64,000 nucleotides of DNA from Eledone cirrhosa (lineage: Eukaryota). Both the position numbers and the translations under genes were made by a program. The notes under the pieces were generated by a model, which saw nothing but the letters and a program-made list of their open reading frames with translations, made no database searches and was not told the DNA's origin. Below are positions 14,193 to 27,355 of the stretch, in pieces. Each line of letters starts with the position of its first letter. Within the stretch, counting starts at the first letter, position 1. Location: the NCBI GenBank assembly GCA_964016885.1, contig OZ024743.1:303862001-303926000 (forward strand). Direction: 5' to 3'.

Positions 14193-15570
14193 TTTGCACT
14201 GACCCAGAAGTGGGCCAGTTTCAAACTATCCCTGAAAGGTCGGGCGGAGGTGGCGAACACTTATATAGCGTCCGTCATCTACTACCGCCTGACCGTAGTG
14301 CCCTGCCCAAGGAAACCCTCACCAAGATGGAGCGCGCGCTCTTCCAATTCCTTTGGAAGGGGCGGGCTCCTATGGTGAGGAGATCCATCTGCTGTCAACA
14401 CCCTTCGAAAGGAGGGCTGGGGATGCCGTGGCTAATGATGCGTAAACACGCATTAAGGCTACGGCACCTCTACGTATTCCTCACCGGACAACCGGTGTGG
14501 GCCTCGTTTGTGAGACGAACCTTTCCCAGACTCGTCTCACTCACCGAGCTGCAATCCTGGGTCAAGCAAAGACCGAGAAAACTGGGCGCCTGGCACACTG
14601 AGTGTGCCCAGGCGCTCACCGCCCTCTGGCAGGCGGATCCGGTTATCAGTGGAGACTCCACCGCAACATTCTATAGAGGGCTGGTACGCAGCAGGTGCGA
14701 CGACGCCCTCGGAGAAGCCCTAGACATGGAGGAGGACGAACTGGCCGGCCTGTTCGGTAGGACATTCAGCCCGGGACCTATGGACAACTTCCAGAAGTCC
14801 CTGGCCTGGCAGTGCTACCGAGGGGCTTTACCCGTTCGAGAAAGGCTCTACAGACACGGGCGCCCGGGTAGGGACCCCGCCAAAAAGATCTGTCCCAGAT
14901 GCGTGTGCGACGAGGAAACCGTTGCACACGCATTGGTACACTGCTCGGGCGTAGCCGATCTGTGGGGCTATGTCGAACAACTGCTGTCAAGGGTGGGACC
15001 GATCCGGTTGACCACCGAGTCTATTGTAATGATCAAGCCGCCTCCCCCCTTCAAAGATGAAGCAGAGGCGGTGTTTCTGTGCGTAATAGCCATGGCGAAA
15101 GAGGTTGTATGGTGGACGCGTCTGAAAGGACTGAGGTCAGGCACCTTTCTCTCTGGCCAACAACTGGTCCGTTTCTTCCGATATCATTTCGGAAGAAGGA
15201 TCAGGATGGAGAGAGAGGTGCTGCACCCCAGTCGTTTTTATGAAAGGTGGGTGAAAGTGGCGAGAATGGCCCGTGTGAATGGGCCTTCTCTTTACATAAG
15301 CCTGTAGGTGGAAAAGAGGAAGGAACGAGGGAGCACCCCCTCTCTGTGCTCCTGAGGAAAAGGGTTGCACACTTTTTTCGGGGGTGTGTGCGACCCCCCA
15401 AGGCGCCTCCTCTCTATTGAGGATTTTGTTAAAAATTTTATTTTTTGTTATATCTTATTTTATTTTTATATTTTGTTATTGCCTCCTCCTTATTGAGGAC
15501 GCCTTTTTGTGTAAACTCCCCCCTTTGTACTTGTCCCACTTTTGATGCCCTAGTGGCAAATAAAAGAAAC
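14193..15570 (+). mobile_element. Tx1 array unit A: 5'-truncated Tx1-clade LINE
   Basis: Begins inside ORF2 (tttgcactgacccagaag); CPRCVCDEETVAHALVHC zinc finger; stop at 15307; 3'UTR ends gccctagtggcaAATAAAagaaa. Confidence 0.93.
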
Positions 15571-15803
15571 TTATCTATCTCTCTATCAATCGTGTGAGTG
15601 TGGATGTCATTCACTTCGCACAGAAGTTTTGTTCAAATTTATTGAGGAAATTTTGTGAGTTCAAACTTAATTTTGATACAATTGTGTAGCTTGACCCTCC
15701 GTCTGAACTGTCAGGCGGTGGGTCAGCGCATCTTTACCCCTCCTAGAGGTGAAAAACCTGTTTTAAAAATTTTTGTGTAAAAAATTTCAATCGTCTAACA
15801 GAA

Positions 15804-17702
15804 ATGTTAAACGCAGCGAACGAAAATAGTGGTGGAGGGACAGCGGTAAGAGTTGTAAGCTCGCACGCTTTAGTCCCCCTTCCTTCCCAACTAACGTCAT
15901 AGAGAAGGAAGGAAAAATTAAAATAAAAACAGACGAATCTGCGGAGAAAAAAAATGACGAAAACACAAATCTGGACATGGATTCCAACAACGAAAAAAAA
16001 AAATATGAAAAATTGCATGACAATACTAATAACACAAACAAAGACACAACAAACACAAAAATAACATTTGAAAATAACACCATAACAGAAAGCAAAGCAG
16101 ACGACAAGATTTCATTTGCACAGAAAACAAAGAAATCTTTGACTCATATAGCGGAAAATATTTCAGATGTGGCACGAAGGATCACAGACGCCAAACAATA
16201 CATAAGTGAAGGAGAGAATGGTATTTTATCGGTAAAAATGCCTCAAGAATTTGCCAAAGACATTGAAAGCCGAACGGTCAAGTTTCGGACCATCAACAAC
16301 AGTACAAAAAAACCTGAACAGCCTTCTCAAGCAGATATCAAAACAGTACTCACAGAAGTACTTAATGAAACCACTTTCATAAGAAAAGACAGACTGTATG
16401 GAAGCCTAGCAATTATCATGAAGAACGAATCGGCGGCAAAAAAATGTGCTTTGTCACCGATTCGTTCAAAAAATTTCACCTTTTATCCATCTTATATGGG
16501 GAAAAGTACTCAACGCATATGGCTGGATGCAATGATGCCAGATGTGGACTACTGCTGGCTCATAGCTGGCTTCATCGATCCAGTGAATGACAACGTGATT
16601 TCCCTTGGGAAAACCACAGGCAATGCGTTCAGTGGAACAGGTATAGAGCTGGTAGTGCAAATGAAGCCTGAAGGCATCGCCCAAATACCCGACAGAATCC
16701 TATTAGAGGACCATGGGTATATAAACATTAGCGTGGAGGGGAGAAGGCCGTCCTGCCATATCTGTGCAGGCAGAGGGCACCTGAAGGCAGCTTGTCCCCA
16801 ACTCAACAAAAAGAAAACCCTGCTACCCACACCAGCTCCACCACCACCACCACAACAGATAAACAAACAACAACACTCAGTCCCACCCAACCCGTCCCTC
16901 AGTAAAACTACAACACCACCACAACACAAACAGTCACAACACATTACCCCAAAACAAAATACAGGCCCACCCAACCTCTCACTCAATAAAACAACACAAC
17001 CACCGCAGACACAACACACAAAAACAGTCTAACAAAGTGACATCCATCTCCCCCACAAAGAAAACCAACACGGAAACATTACCAGCAAACATACCTCTTC
17101 CCTCCAACACTGAAGATAACCCAACGAATTCGGAGGAAGAAACGGAGTCCTTCAGACAGATTAAAAGGAAAAAAAGAAAACATGTGCAAAACACACAAGG
17201 CCAAACAACCCCCACCCAAATCTCAACACAATCCAACAAAACAGGAAACACCCCTCCAGCAACAAACAAAACCAAACCTGCCCCTCCCCTCTTCGAAACA
17301 CTCACACCATCCGAAAAAAAGACATTACACTATACTTACATCAACAGAAACAATAATAAATTAAATGAACTCATATACAATAATCCTTCGGTACAAACCG
17401 AAGGTGTAAACTTTGTTTCGTCAGAAAACTACCCACATTTAAAATTAATAAAGATCCCAATGAACCTCTACCAAAAACTAAAAAAGGATTTTAAGGAGGA
17501 CGTAGGACCACCCTCTGTCAAACCCATAAACCGCGTCCTACTAAAAAGCTTTCCCCCTCCCCTTCCCCTCCCCACCACAACTCCAAACACCCCAACCCCA
17601 CCACACACTGACGACCCCACACCACCACAAGACACCCCTTCACCCAACACCTCCGACCCCATGGAAGTCGTGCAACCCGAACCCCGGGAAGCGGAAAGGT
17701 AG
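15804..17702 (+). pseudogene. Tx1 ORF1 (gag-like nucleic-acid-binding protein with CCHC knuckle), disrupted near 15900-15977 and 17035
   Basis: CHICAGRGHLKAAC zinc knuckle; N-terminus MLNAANENSGGGTAVR aligns with unit C MNAASNDNGGGEAVR. Confidence 0.85.
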
Positions 17703-17735
17703 GTCTCTACACTATCCTTTGGCTCTGCCGCCCAC

Positions 17736-20700
17736 ATGGATGTGTTAAGAGTAGGATGTTTGAATGCACGTGGCCTGGGCTCAACTTGGAAGCAAGCAAA
17801 GCTTCTAAATGACCTCAGGTCATGTAGTATAAATGTAATGGTTATCTGTGAGACTCGAATCAGCGTCGTGCGGCAGCTGGCCCCCACCTTCGATGACTTT
17901 GAGGTGCATGCATCTCTCTGTCAACCTGGAGGTGGGGGTGGGGTTGTCGTACTGCTGCAAAAACACCTGGGTCTTGCCGTACAGGTTGTGCACTCGGACC
18001 CGGAGGGTCGTTTGTTGGTGCTAGACGTTGGCAGTAGTGAAAGTGCGGCCTTGAGACTGGTCGCCGTCTACTCCCCTTTCGGAGCTGAACGGCCCGACTT
18101 CTTCCAGCGTTTGGAGACTTTTCTGGGAACGTCGCGCTCCCTGCTTCTAGCGGGGGATTCTAATGACATCCTGGATGCACGTTGGGACTATGCAGGAGCA
18201 TGTCCTAATAGAGGGGGGTGTAACAGCCTCAAGGGGTTACTCGACCGTTTTAACTTGGTCGATAGATATCGACTAGATTTTCCAACTGTGCCTACCTGGA
18301 CTTGGAGAAACCACAGTGGTCAATCTAGATCGTACTTAGATAGATTCTTAGTTAGAAGAAAGGATAGGGACATATTAAGCTGTCCAAAAATGCGCACGTT
18401 TGGCTACACGGATCACAAATTAGTGACCTGCGTGGTCAATCTCGAGAAAACACATAGACAGGGTCCCGGTTACTGGAAACTTAATTTGTCTTTACCGGCA
18501 AAAGAGACTTACAGAAACCGGATTTGCAGATTAGTTAAGGAGAGGTTGACGGGTGCAATCGTCAACAACCGATGGTGGGCACCTCTCAAAAGAGAGATTA
18601 GAACAGAATCAATAAGTTATAGCAAGATGTTAGCTGCCGATAGGAATAGAAACGAGAAAGAATTAACAGGTAAATTAGAAGAGGCAATCAAGAGCGAAGA
18701 TGTGGCCAGAGTGCTGGCATCGAGGACGGCCTTTAACCAGTTTTTCGATGCAAAGCACGAAGGCTGCGTCATTCGAAGTAAAATACGTGCTCTTGGTAAT
18801 GAGGGGGCCAAATCCGTTGGATGGGCCCGCGTGACAGAAGCTAAGAGTGGAAATCGATCCACCACCCGGTCGTTGCAAGACGAAGATGGACGGGTGATCC
18901 GGGAGCCTAAGCAGATGTGCGAGGCCTTTCAAAGGCACTTTGCCCGATTGTTCGGGGGAGGAGGCGAGGGTCCGGGCGGGGGCGTGGATTTCGGTCCATA
19001 CCTCGACGGCCTGCCGCGTCTCTCGAGCGAAGAGGCAGAGTCCTGCGAGGGACCAATCCCGGCTGATGAGATCGGAGATGCGCTGAGCCAATGCAGCAGA
19101 CGCAAATCTCCAGGTCTCGATGGTATACCTTACGAACTTTATTTAGCAATGCCGGTCTTCTTCTCCGAACTCCTCAAAGCGGTCTACTACAATTGGCAGC
19201 AGAACGGGAGAATTCCTTGTTCTGTAGCCAAGGGCGTAGTCACGCTGGTGAGGAAGGACGAGAACAAGGGGGATAGTATAAATAATTTTCGGCCCATAAC
19301 CCTGCTAAACACAGAGTTAAAGATTTTGGCCAAGGTGTTAGCAAAGAGGTTGGTGCTTGTCGTGGGTGGCCTGGTGGGAGATGCGCAGACATGTGCTATC
19401 CCATCCAGGTCCATTCACGATAACCTCCACCTCATGCGATACATCATAGATAGGGTTGGCAACAAACCCGGCTTCGGTGGGGCCCTGATCAACTTGGATC
19501 AGTCTAAGGCCTTCGATAGGGTCGACCATGGTTACCTGGATGCGGTGCTAGCGGCGGCTGGGTTCGGTCCTGTTTTCAGAGGCTGGATAACTGCCTTACA
19601 TAGCAACCACATCTGTTCTAGGATCAAGGTGAACGGCTACCTTTCGAAGCCGTTCGAAATCACACGATCCATTCGACAGGGGTGCCCTCTCTCCTCCCTT
19701 CTGTACGTATTGACTCTCGAGCCTTGACTGAGGAAGTTGGAGTTGTTGCAGGGTATCCCCCTGGAACCAGGATTGAGCAAAGCGGTGTCGGCCTACGCCG
19801 ATGACGTAACAGTAATGGTATCGACCGACTCGGAGATCGAGGCGATCGGTACCTTTCTGGAGGAATACGAAAGGTTGTCAGGAGCGAAACTGAACCGGGT
19901 AAAATCCATCGGGCTGCAACTCGGAGCGTGGAGAGGCAGACCGATGCCTCCTGACGGTGTCGTCGGACACTGGACGGAGGGCCCGGTAAAGTTGCTTGGG
20001 GTCTGGTTTGGACCGGACCTCCAGGTGGAAAAGAACTGGAACGAGGTTACGAACAAGGTGTTTGCACTAACCCAGAAATGGGCCAAGTGTAAGCTGTCCC
20101 TAAAAGGCCGGGCGGAGGTGGCGAACATTTACATAGCGTCCGTCACTTACTACCGCCTGACTGTCGTGCCTTGCCCTAAGGAAACACTCACCACCATGGA
20201 ACGCATGCTCTTCCAATTTCTTTGGAAGAAGTGCCCTCCTATGGTGAGAAGATCCATCTGCTGCCAACAACCTTCGAAAGGAGGGCTGGGGATGCCGTGG
20301 TTGATGATGCGTAGGCACGCATTAAGGCAACGGCACCTACAGGTATTCCTCACTGGTCAACCGGTATGGGCTCCGTTCGTGAAACGAGCCTTTCCGAGAC
20401 TCGTCTCGCTCACCGAGCTACAGTCCTGGGTCAAGCAAAGATCCGGAAAACTGGGAGACTGGCACACTGAGTGTGCTCAGGCGCTCAGGGCTCTCTGGCA
20501 AGCGGACCAGGCCATCGGTGGAGAATCCACCTCATCATTCTATAGAGGGCTGGTGGCTAGCAGGGGCGATGACACCCTCGGAGAGTCGCTGGACATGGAA
20601 GAAGACGAACTGGCCAGCCTGTTCGGTAGGACTTTCGGCCCAGGACCAATGGACAACTTCCAGAAGTCACTGGCCTGGCAGTGCTACAGGGGGGCTCTAC

Positions 20701-21176
20701 CCGTTCGAGAGAGGCTCTACAGACACGGGCGCCCGGTCAGGGATCCCTCAAAAAAGATTTGCCCTAGATGCGTGCGTCACGAAGAAACCGTTGCGCACGC
20801 ATTGGTGCAATGTCCAGGCGTGGCTGATCTGTGGGGCTACGCCGAACGACTGCTGTCGCGTGTGGCGCCGATTAAATTGACCGCCGAGTCCGTGATGACA
20901 ATCAAACCGCCTCCCCTCTTCACAAAGGAAGCAAAGGCGGTTTTTCTGTGCCTAATAGCCATGTTGAAAGAGGTTGTTTGGTGGACACGATTGAAAGGTC
21001 TGAGGTCAGGCAACTTCCTTTCTGGCCATAGCCTGGTCTACTTCTTCCGATATCACTTCGGCAGAAGGATAAGAATGGAGAGAGAGGTGCTTGGCCACAG
21101 GCACTTTTATGAAAGGTGGGTGATAGTGGCGAGAATGGCTCGTGTAAATGGGCCTTCTCTGTATACCACCCTGTAG
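17736..21176 (+). pseudogene. Tx1 ORF2 (APE endonuclease, reverse transcriptase, CCHC finger) with a single in-frame TGA at 19725-19727
   Basis: LNARGL, GDSN, SYLDR, TDH (APE); KSPGLDG, FRPITLLN, DQSKAFD, RQGCPLS, YADD (RT); ORFs 17736-19727 and 19737-21176 are in the same frame. Confidence 0.95.
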
Positions 21177-21622
21177 GTAAAGAAGTAAAGGAGAGGGGAG
21201 CATCTTCTCCATGTGCTCCCCGGGCAAAGGATTGCACACCTTTTCGGGGGTGTGTGCAACCCCCATCACGTCCCCTCCCTTTTGAGGTTATTTTCGATTA
21301 TTTTCATGTTACACCCTTTTTACTCGATTATATGTAAACTCCCCCTTTGTATTTGTCCCTTCTTTTTATGCCTTTATGGTAAATAAAGAAATCTATCTCT
21401 CTATCAGTCGTGTGTCACTTCGCGGAGAAGTTTCCGTTAATTTATGTAAGAAAAAAACGTGAGTTTTTAGTTCAATTTTATATCATTGTGTAACTTGACC
21501 TCCTGTCTGGACCTTTAGCTGGTGGGTCAACTCATTTTCGCCCCTTCAGGGGCGGAATATCCATTTAAAAAATGTTTCTCCATCGAATCTTGGAAAAAAT
21601 ATTGTAACATTTTGATTACGTT

Positions 21623-23529
21623 ATGAACGCTGCGTCCAACGATAATGGTGGTGGAGAGGCGGTAAGACTACAAAGCTCGCAGTCAACAACGTCTTCTTCA
21701 CTAGATACTATAGAGATGGAAAGACAAAATGAAAATAAAAAAACGAATTCACATCCAAACAACACAAATGACACCAAACAGCTCAATGACAACAAAAATA
21801 ACAGCAAAACCAATAATGATGATAAAAGCAACAATGATAACAACAACAAAGAAAAAAATAAAGACAACGCCAATAACACCAGCATCAAAGACAACAACAA
21901 CACCAAGGAAAATACGGATGATACCAACATCGGTGACAACAAGAATAACAACAACAATAACAACAATAATGACAACACCACCAATACGGATTCCACAAAG
22001 AAACCAAAAATCTCCTTTGCGGAGAAAGTTCAAAAGAAAGAACAATTGATATATCTCGACATAACAAATGCTGAACACCTGTTAAAGGACGTTAAGAGAT
22101 ATGTCACCTTCGAAAAAAATGGTGCTTTCAGCATCAATTCTCCGGTAGAAATTCGCAAGGAAACTGCTCTCAAAACGATAGTTTTTAGAACGGTTTCCAA
22201 TTCTACCCGAAAACCAGTCCAATTGTCACAGAAAGATATTGAACTGGTTTTCAAAGATTCAATGAATGATATTGCATTCATTCAAAGAAGCAAACTTTTT
22301 GGGAGTATTTCGGTACTCATGAAGGATCAATTGACGGCCCAAAATTACTCTGTGTCGCCAATTGTATCCAACCTGTACACCTTTTTCCCTACATACATGG
22401 GAAAAAGGACACAAAAGATCAGAATCACAAGTGTCACACCAAAGGTGAACATATTGTGGATATTGTGTGGCTTCATCAATTTTGATGAAGACAGAATACT
22501 GTCAGTAGGAAAGTCCCCCAGAGATGTATTCAATGGGACTAGCATTGAAGTTCTGGTGTAAATGAGCCCAGAGCGAATAGCTATGATCCCACAGCGTGTA
22601 CTCCTGGACGGACTCGCCTACATAAACCTTTCGGTTGAGGGTAGGCGGCCTTCATGTTACCATTGCTTTAGCAGGGGTCACCTGAGGGCTTCCTGTCCTA
22701 AACTAATGAACCAAAAAAAGGCTCTTCTGCCGACACCCATCAAAACAACACAACCACCAACACCACCACAACAACAACACCAACACACAAAAATAACCAC
22801 AACAAACACAGTCCCACCCAACCCCACTCCACCTAAAACCACTGCAAAATCACATACAGACACAACAGCTCCCCAAGACATACCCCTCCCCAATCACACA
22901 GACGATACAACAGATGAGGCTATCTCGCCATCACCCAGTGAAGACGAGGGAGAACCCCATCGCTCGAAAAGAAAGAAAAGACATCACAAAAACAAAAAAC
23001 CAGCAAACACTACCACAAACATACAACCACTAACACAAACAACAAAAATATCACAAACAAAACCCCCACCTCCTGAAAACAAAATACCTACAACAAAACG
23101 AAAGCACACACAAGAACTACAGACAAAAACAAACACAACACAAGAAAATTACACTTACACTTACATAAACACTGAAAACAAAACACTAATGGAGACCACA
23201 CGAACGACCCTTCGGTTTTCACCAAAGGGAAAATTTTCGCCCACTCTATAAAAAAAAACAAAAAACTGAACCTAAAACTGATTAGGGTCCCTATACAAAC
23301 TTATAGGTCCCTAAAAGAAATATTTGAGAAGGATGTGGGGAATTCCTGCGTGAAACCACTCAACCTCGTCCTTCTCAAATGCCTCCCCACCCCAGACCCC
23401 CATCCCACCAGAACCCACCCCACCAAACATCTGCGTCCCCACCCCGCCGGAAACCACCACCCATCCAGACAACCCCTCCAACACCCCCATGGAAATCGTG
23501 CGGCCTGGTCCCCAGGAGGCGAAGGGTGA
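21623..23529 (+). pseudogene. Tx1 ORF1 with Asn-rich N-terminus and CCHC knuckle; nonsense codon at 22559-22561 and later frameshifts
   Basis: FPTYMGK and SVEGRRPSCYHCFSRGHLRASC align with unit B ORF1. Confidence 0.85.
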
Positions 23530-23566
23530 GTGATCTCTTTTCCTCTTTTAACTTTTCAGCACCAAC

Positions 23567-26534
23567 ATGGCCAATATAAGAGTTGGATGTGTGAACGTAC
23601 GCGGCCTGGGGATGCCCTGGAAACAGGGCAAACTCTTAAACGACCTCAGGTCGCACAGTTTGGATGTGGTAGCCATTTGCGAGTCCAGGATCCACGGCGA
23701 GCGACAGCTGGCCCCTATCTTCGATGACTTTGAGATCCACGCATCTCTCTGTCAACCGGGGGGTGGGGGCGGAGTTGCCGTTTTGCTGCGGAAACACCTG
23801 GGCCTCGTAACACAGACGGTACATCTGGACCCGGGGGGTCGACTGGTGGTCCTAGACGTTGACGGTAGTGAAGGTGGAGCGTTCAGGCTGGTGGCCGCAT
23901 ATGCCCCTTCCGGGACACCGCGGCCAGACTTCTTCAAACGTCTAGAGACTTTTCTGGGAACGTCCCGCTCCTTGCTTTTAGTGGGGGACTGGAATGGAAT
24001 CCTAGATGCACGTTGGGACTATGTGGGAGCATGTCCCGATAAAGGGGGGTGTAACAGCCTCAAACAGTTAATCGACCGATTTGACCTGGCCGATGAACCA
24101 GTTCTTCGACGCAAAGCACGAGGGCTGCGTTGTCAGAAGCAAAATACGTGCTCTGGGAAACGAGGGAGCCAAAGCTGTTAGCTGGGCCCGAGTGACGGAG
24201 GCAAAAAGTGGCAACAAGTCCACGATTCGGTCTTTGAAGGACCAAAGCGGACGCGTGATACGTGAGCCGAAGCAGATGTGTGCGGCTTTTCAGCGGCACT
24301 TTGCTCGGCTGTTCGGGGGGAGCGGCGCGCCGGGAGAGGCTATGGATTTCGGTCCATACCTCGACGGCCTACCGCGACTCTCGGACAGCGAGGCGAAGTT
24401 CTGCGAAAAGCCGATTTCAGCCACTGAGATAGGGGACGCGCTGAGCCAATGCGGCAAACGCAAATCTCCAGGTCTCGACGGTCTACCCTACGAATTTTAC
24501 GTAGCAATGCCGGACTTATTCTCCGGTCTCCTGGAAGCGGTCTACTGCAACTGGCAACAGAACGGGAGAATTCCCAGTTCTGTAACCGGGGGCGTGGTCA
24601 CACTAATCAGGAAGGACGAGAATAAGGGGGATGACATAAGCAACTTCCGGCCCATAACTCTGCTAAACACAGAGTTACAGATTTTGGCCAAGGTGTTGGC
24701 AAAGAGGCTGGCGCTGGTCGTCGAGAACCTGGTGGGAGAAGCGCAGACATGCGCGATCCCGACCAGGTCCATACACGACAACCTCCACCTCATGCGATAC
24801 ATCATAGAGAGGGTAGGGTGTAAACCCGGCTTCGGTGGGGCCCTGATCAACTTGGATCAGTCTAAGGCTTTCGATAGGGTTGACCATCGTTACCTGGATG
24901 CGGTGCTCGAGGCGGCAGGCTTCGGATCCGTGTTCAGGGGCTGGATTGCTGCAATGCACAACAACAACATCTGCTCAAGGGTCAAGGTGAACGGTTACCT
25001 CTCGGAGCCGTTCCATATTACGCGATCCATTCGACAGGGATGCCCTCTCTCCTCCCTTCTGTACGTACTGACTCTCGAGCCACTACTGCGGAAGCTGGAG
25101 CTATTGCAGGGCATCCCTCTGGAACCGGGACTGCGGAAAGCGGCGTCGGCCTACGCCGACGACGTGACAGTAATGGTGTCGAGCGCCTCGCAAATCGAGA
25201 AAGTCGGCACCTTACTAAAGGAATACGAAAGTCTCACAGGAGCGAAGCTGAACCGGGACAAGTCCATCGGTTTGCAACTCGGATCGTGGAGATGCAGACC
25301 GATGCCTTCCGATGGCGTCGTCGGACGCTGGACGGAAGGACCGGTAAAGCTGCTCGGGGTCTGGTTTGGTCCGGATCTCCAGGTGGAGAAGAACTGGAAC
25401 GAAGTGACGGCCAAGGTGTTTGCACTCACCCAGAAGTGGGCCGAGTGCAAACTATCCTTGAAAGGTCGAGCGGAGGTGGCGAACACTTTTATAGCGTCCG
25501 ACATCTACTACCGCTTGACCGTCGTGCCTTGTCCAGCCAAAACGCTCGCCAAAATGGAGCGCGCCCTCTTCCGATTCCTTTGGAAGAGGCGGGCTCCTTT
25601 GGTAAGAAGATCCATCTGCTGCCAACACCCTTCTAACGGAGGGCTGGGGATGCCGTGGTTGACGATGCGCAAACACGCGCTCAGGCTGCGGCATCTCTAC
25701 GTATTCCTCACCGGACAACCGGTGTGGGCCCCGTTCGTGAGGCGAACCTTCCCACGACTCGTCTCACTGGCCGAGCTGCAGTCCTGGGTCAAGCAGAGAC
25801 CGAGGAAAATGGGCGACTGGCACATCGAATGTGCTCAGGCGCTCACAGCCCTCTGGCAGGCGGACCCGGCGATCAGTGGAGACTCCACTTCGTCATTCTA
25901 TAGAGGGTTGGTCCGCAGCAAGTGCGACAACGCGCTCGGTGAAACTCTAGGCGTGGAGGAAGATGAACTGGCCAGTCTGTTCGGTAGGACCTTCCGCCCG
26001 GGACCGATGGACAACTTCCAAAAGTCCCTGGCCTGGCAGTGCTACCGAGGAGCTCTACCAGTTCGAGACAAGCTCTACAGACATGAGCGCCCGGGCAGGG
26101 ACCCTGCAAAAAAGATCTGTCCGAGGTGCGTGCGAGACGAAGAAACCGTCGCGCACGCATTCATACACTGCCCGGGCGTCACTGACCTGTGGGGATATGT
26201 AGAACGACTATTGTCGCGGGTGGGACCAATCCAGTTGACCACCGAGTCCATTGTCATGATCAAACCGCCACCCTCCTTCAAAAACGAAGGAGAGGCGGTT
26301 TTCCTTTGTGTGATAGCTATGGCGAAAGAGGTTGTATGGTGGACAAGGTTGAAAGGGCTGAGGTCAGACACCTTTCTCTCCGGCCAACAACTGATTCTTT
26401 TTTTCAAATACCACTTTGGAAGAAGAATCAGGATGGAGAGAGAGGTGCTGTACCGCAGCAAGTTTTATGAAAGGTGGGTGAAAGTGGCGAGAATGGCCCG
26501 AGTGAATTGGCCTTCTCTCTATATCAGCCTGTAG
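23567..26534 (+). pseudogene. Tx1 ORF2: APE part broken by a deletion/frameshift, RT and CCHC part open (817 aa)
   Basis: VNVRGL, GDWN; RT motifs DQSKAFD, RQGCPLS, YADD; CPRCVRDEETVAHAFIHC. Confidence 0.93.
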
Positions 26535-27154
26535 ATTGAGGAAAAGGAGGAGGAGAGGAAAGGAGTACAAGCTCTTCGTACTCCTGGAGATGAGGGTTGC
26601 ACATTTTTTCGGGGGTATGTGTTACCCATATAAACTGTCTCCCTCTATTGGGGAAAATCGACTAACTTTTAAATTCCATCTGTGATAACATTTTACACGT
26701 TTTTATTGTATGTAAACTTCCCCCTTTGTATTTGTCCCCTTCTTTTGTGCCCCTGTGGCTAATAAAGAAATATATCTATCTATCTCTCTCTTTGAAACTT
26801 CGTTACTCTCTCTCTGTCTCTCTCTCAATCTCTGTCACTCTCTCGTTTGTCCATATAACCTTTCTTTTTTATCTGTTATTTAAAACTCCAGTTATGTAAT
26901 TGTAATTCAAAATGAATTAGAAAGTAGACTATAGTAGAAAGTAAAGAAGCTCGCATCCAGTCATAAAGGAATGCCAATAAAATCATGCTAAACACTTAAT
27001 TTTCAGGCTGTAACTAACCAGCGTTAATCTGAACGACTTAATGTATAGGACAGATGGTTATGTATTAAATGCATTGCAGCATTTATTATGGTCGACTACA
27101 AAAACATATCTACTGTAGTGATAATATTTATTCAAAGGTATTCATATCATTAAT

Positions 27155-27337
27155 TGTTTCTACTTTTGGCACAAGGCCAGCAATTATACCAGTGGTACTT
27201 TATGTTATCGACCCCATAAGGATGAAAAGCATAGTTAACCACACCTGGATTTGAACTCAGATCGCAAAGGCCCGTAACTCCATGCTGTAAAGCATGGCGT
27301 CCAACTCTCTAACGATACTGCCAATCCACTGCCCTAT
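27155..27337 (-). mobile_element. tRNA-derived SINE with TSD of about 18 bp
   Basis: Homologous to 10892-11079; TSD ggtattcatatcattaat / ggtagtcatatcattaat. Confidence 0.88.
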
Positions 27338-27355
27338 GGTAGTCATATCATTAAT

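Larger units (their letters stand above)
15587..21391 (+). mobile_element. Tx1 array unit B: full-length Tx1-clade LINE
   Basis: 5'UTR, ORF1, ORF2 (APE-RT-CCHC) and 3'UTR with AATAAA; flanked by tctatctctctat spacers. Confidence 0.95.
21405..26770 (+). mobile_element. Tx1 array unit C: near-full-length Tx1-clade LINE with an internal deletion
   Basis: Same architecture as unit B; about 470 bp (unit B 18264-18735) are missing at about 24093. Confidence 0.95.

Noticed and set aside
19725-19727. In-frame TGA as selenocysteine or programmed readthrough
   Set aside because: Aligns to Leu (CTA) in unit C; a simple nonsense mutation is more likely
16466-26570. Antisense and alternative-frame ORFs over the Tx1 units
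   Set aside because: By-products of GC-rich coding sequence; no independent motifs
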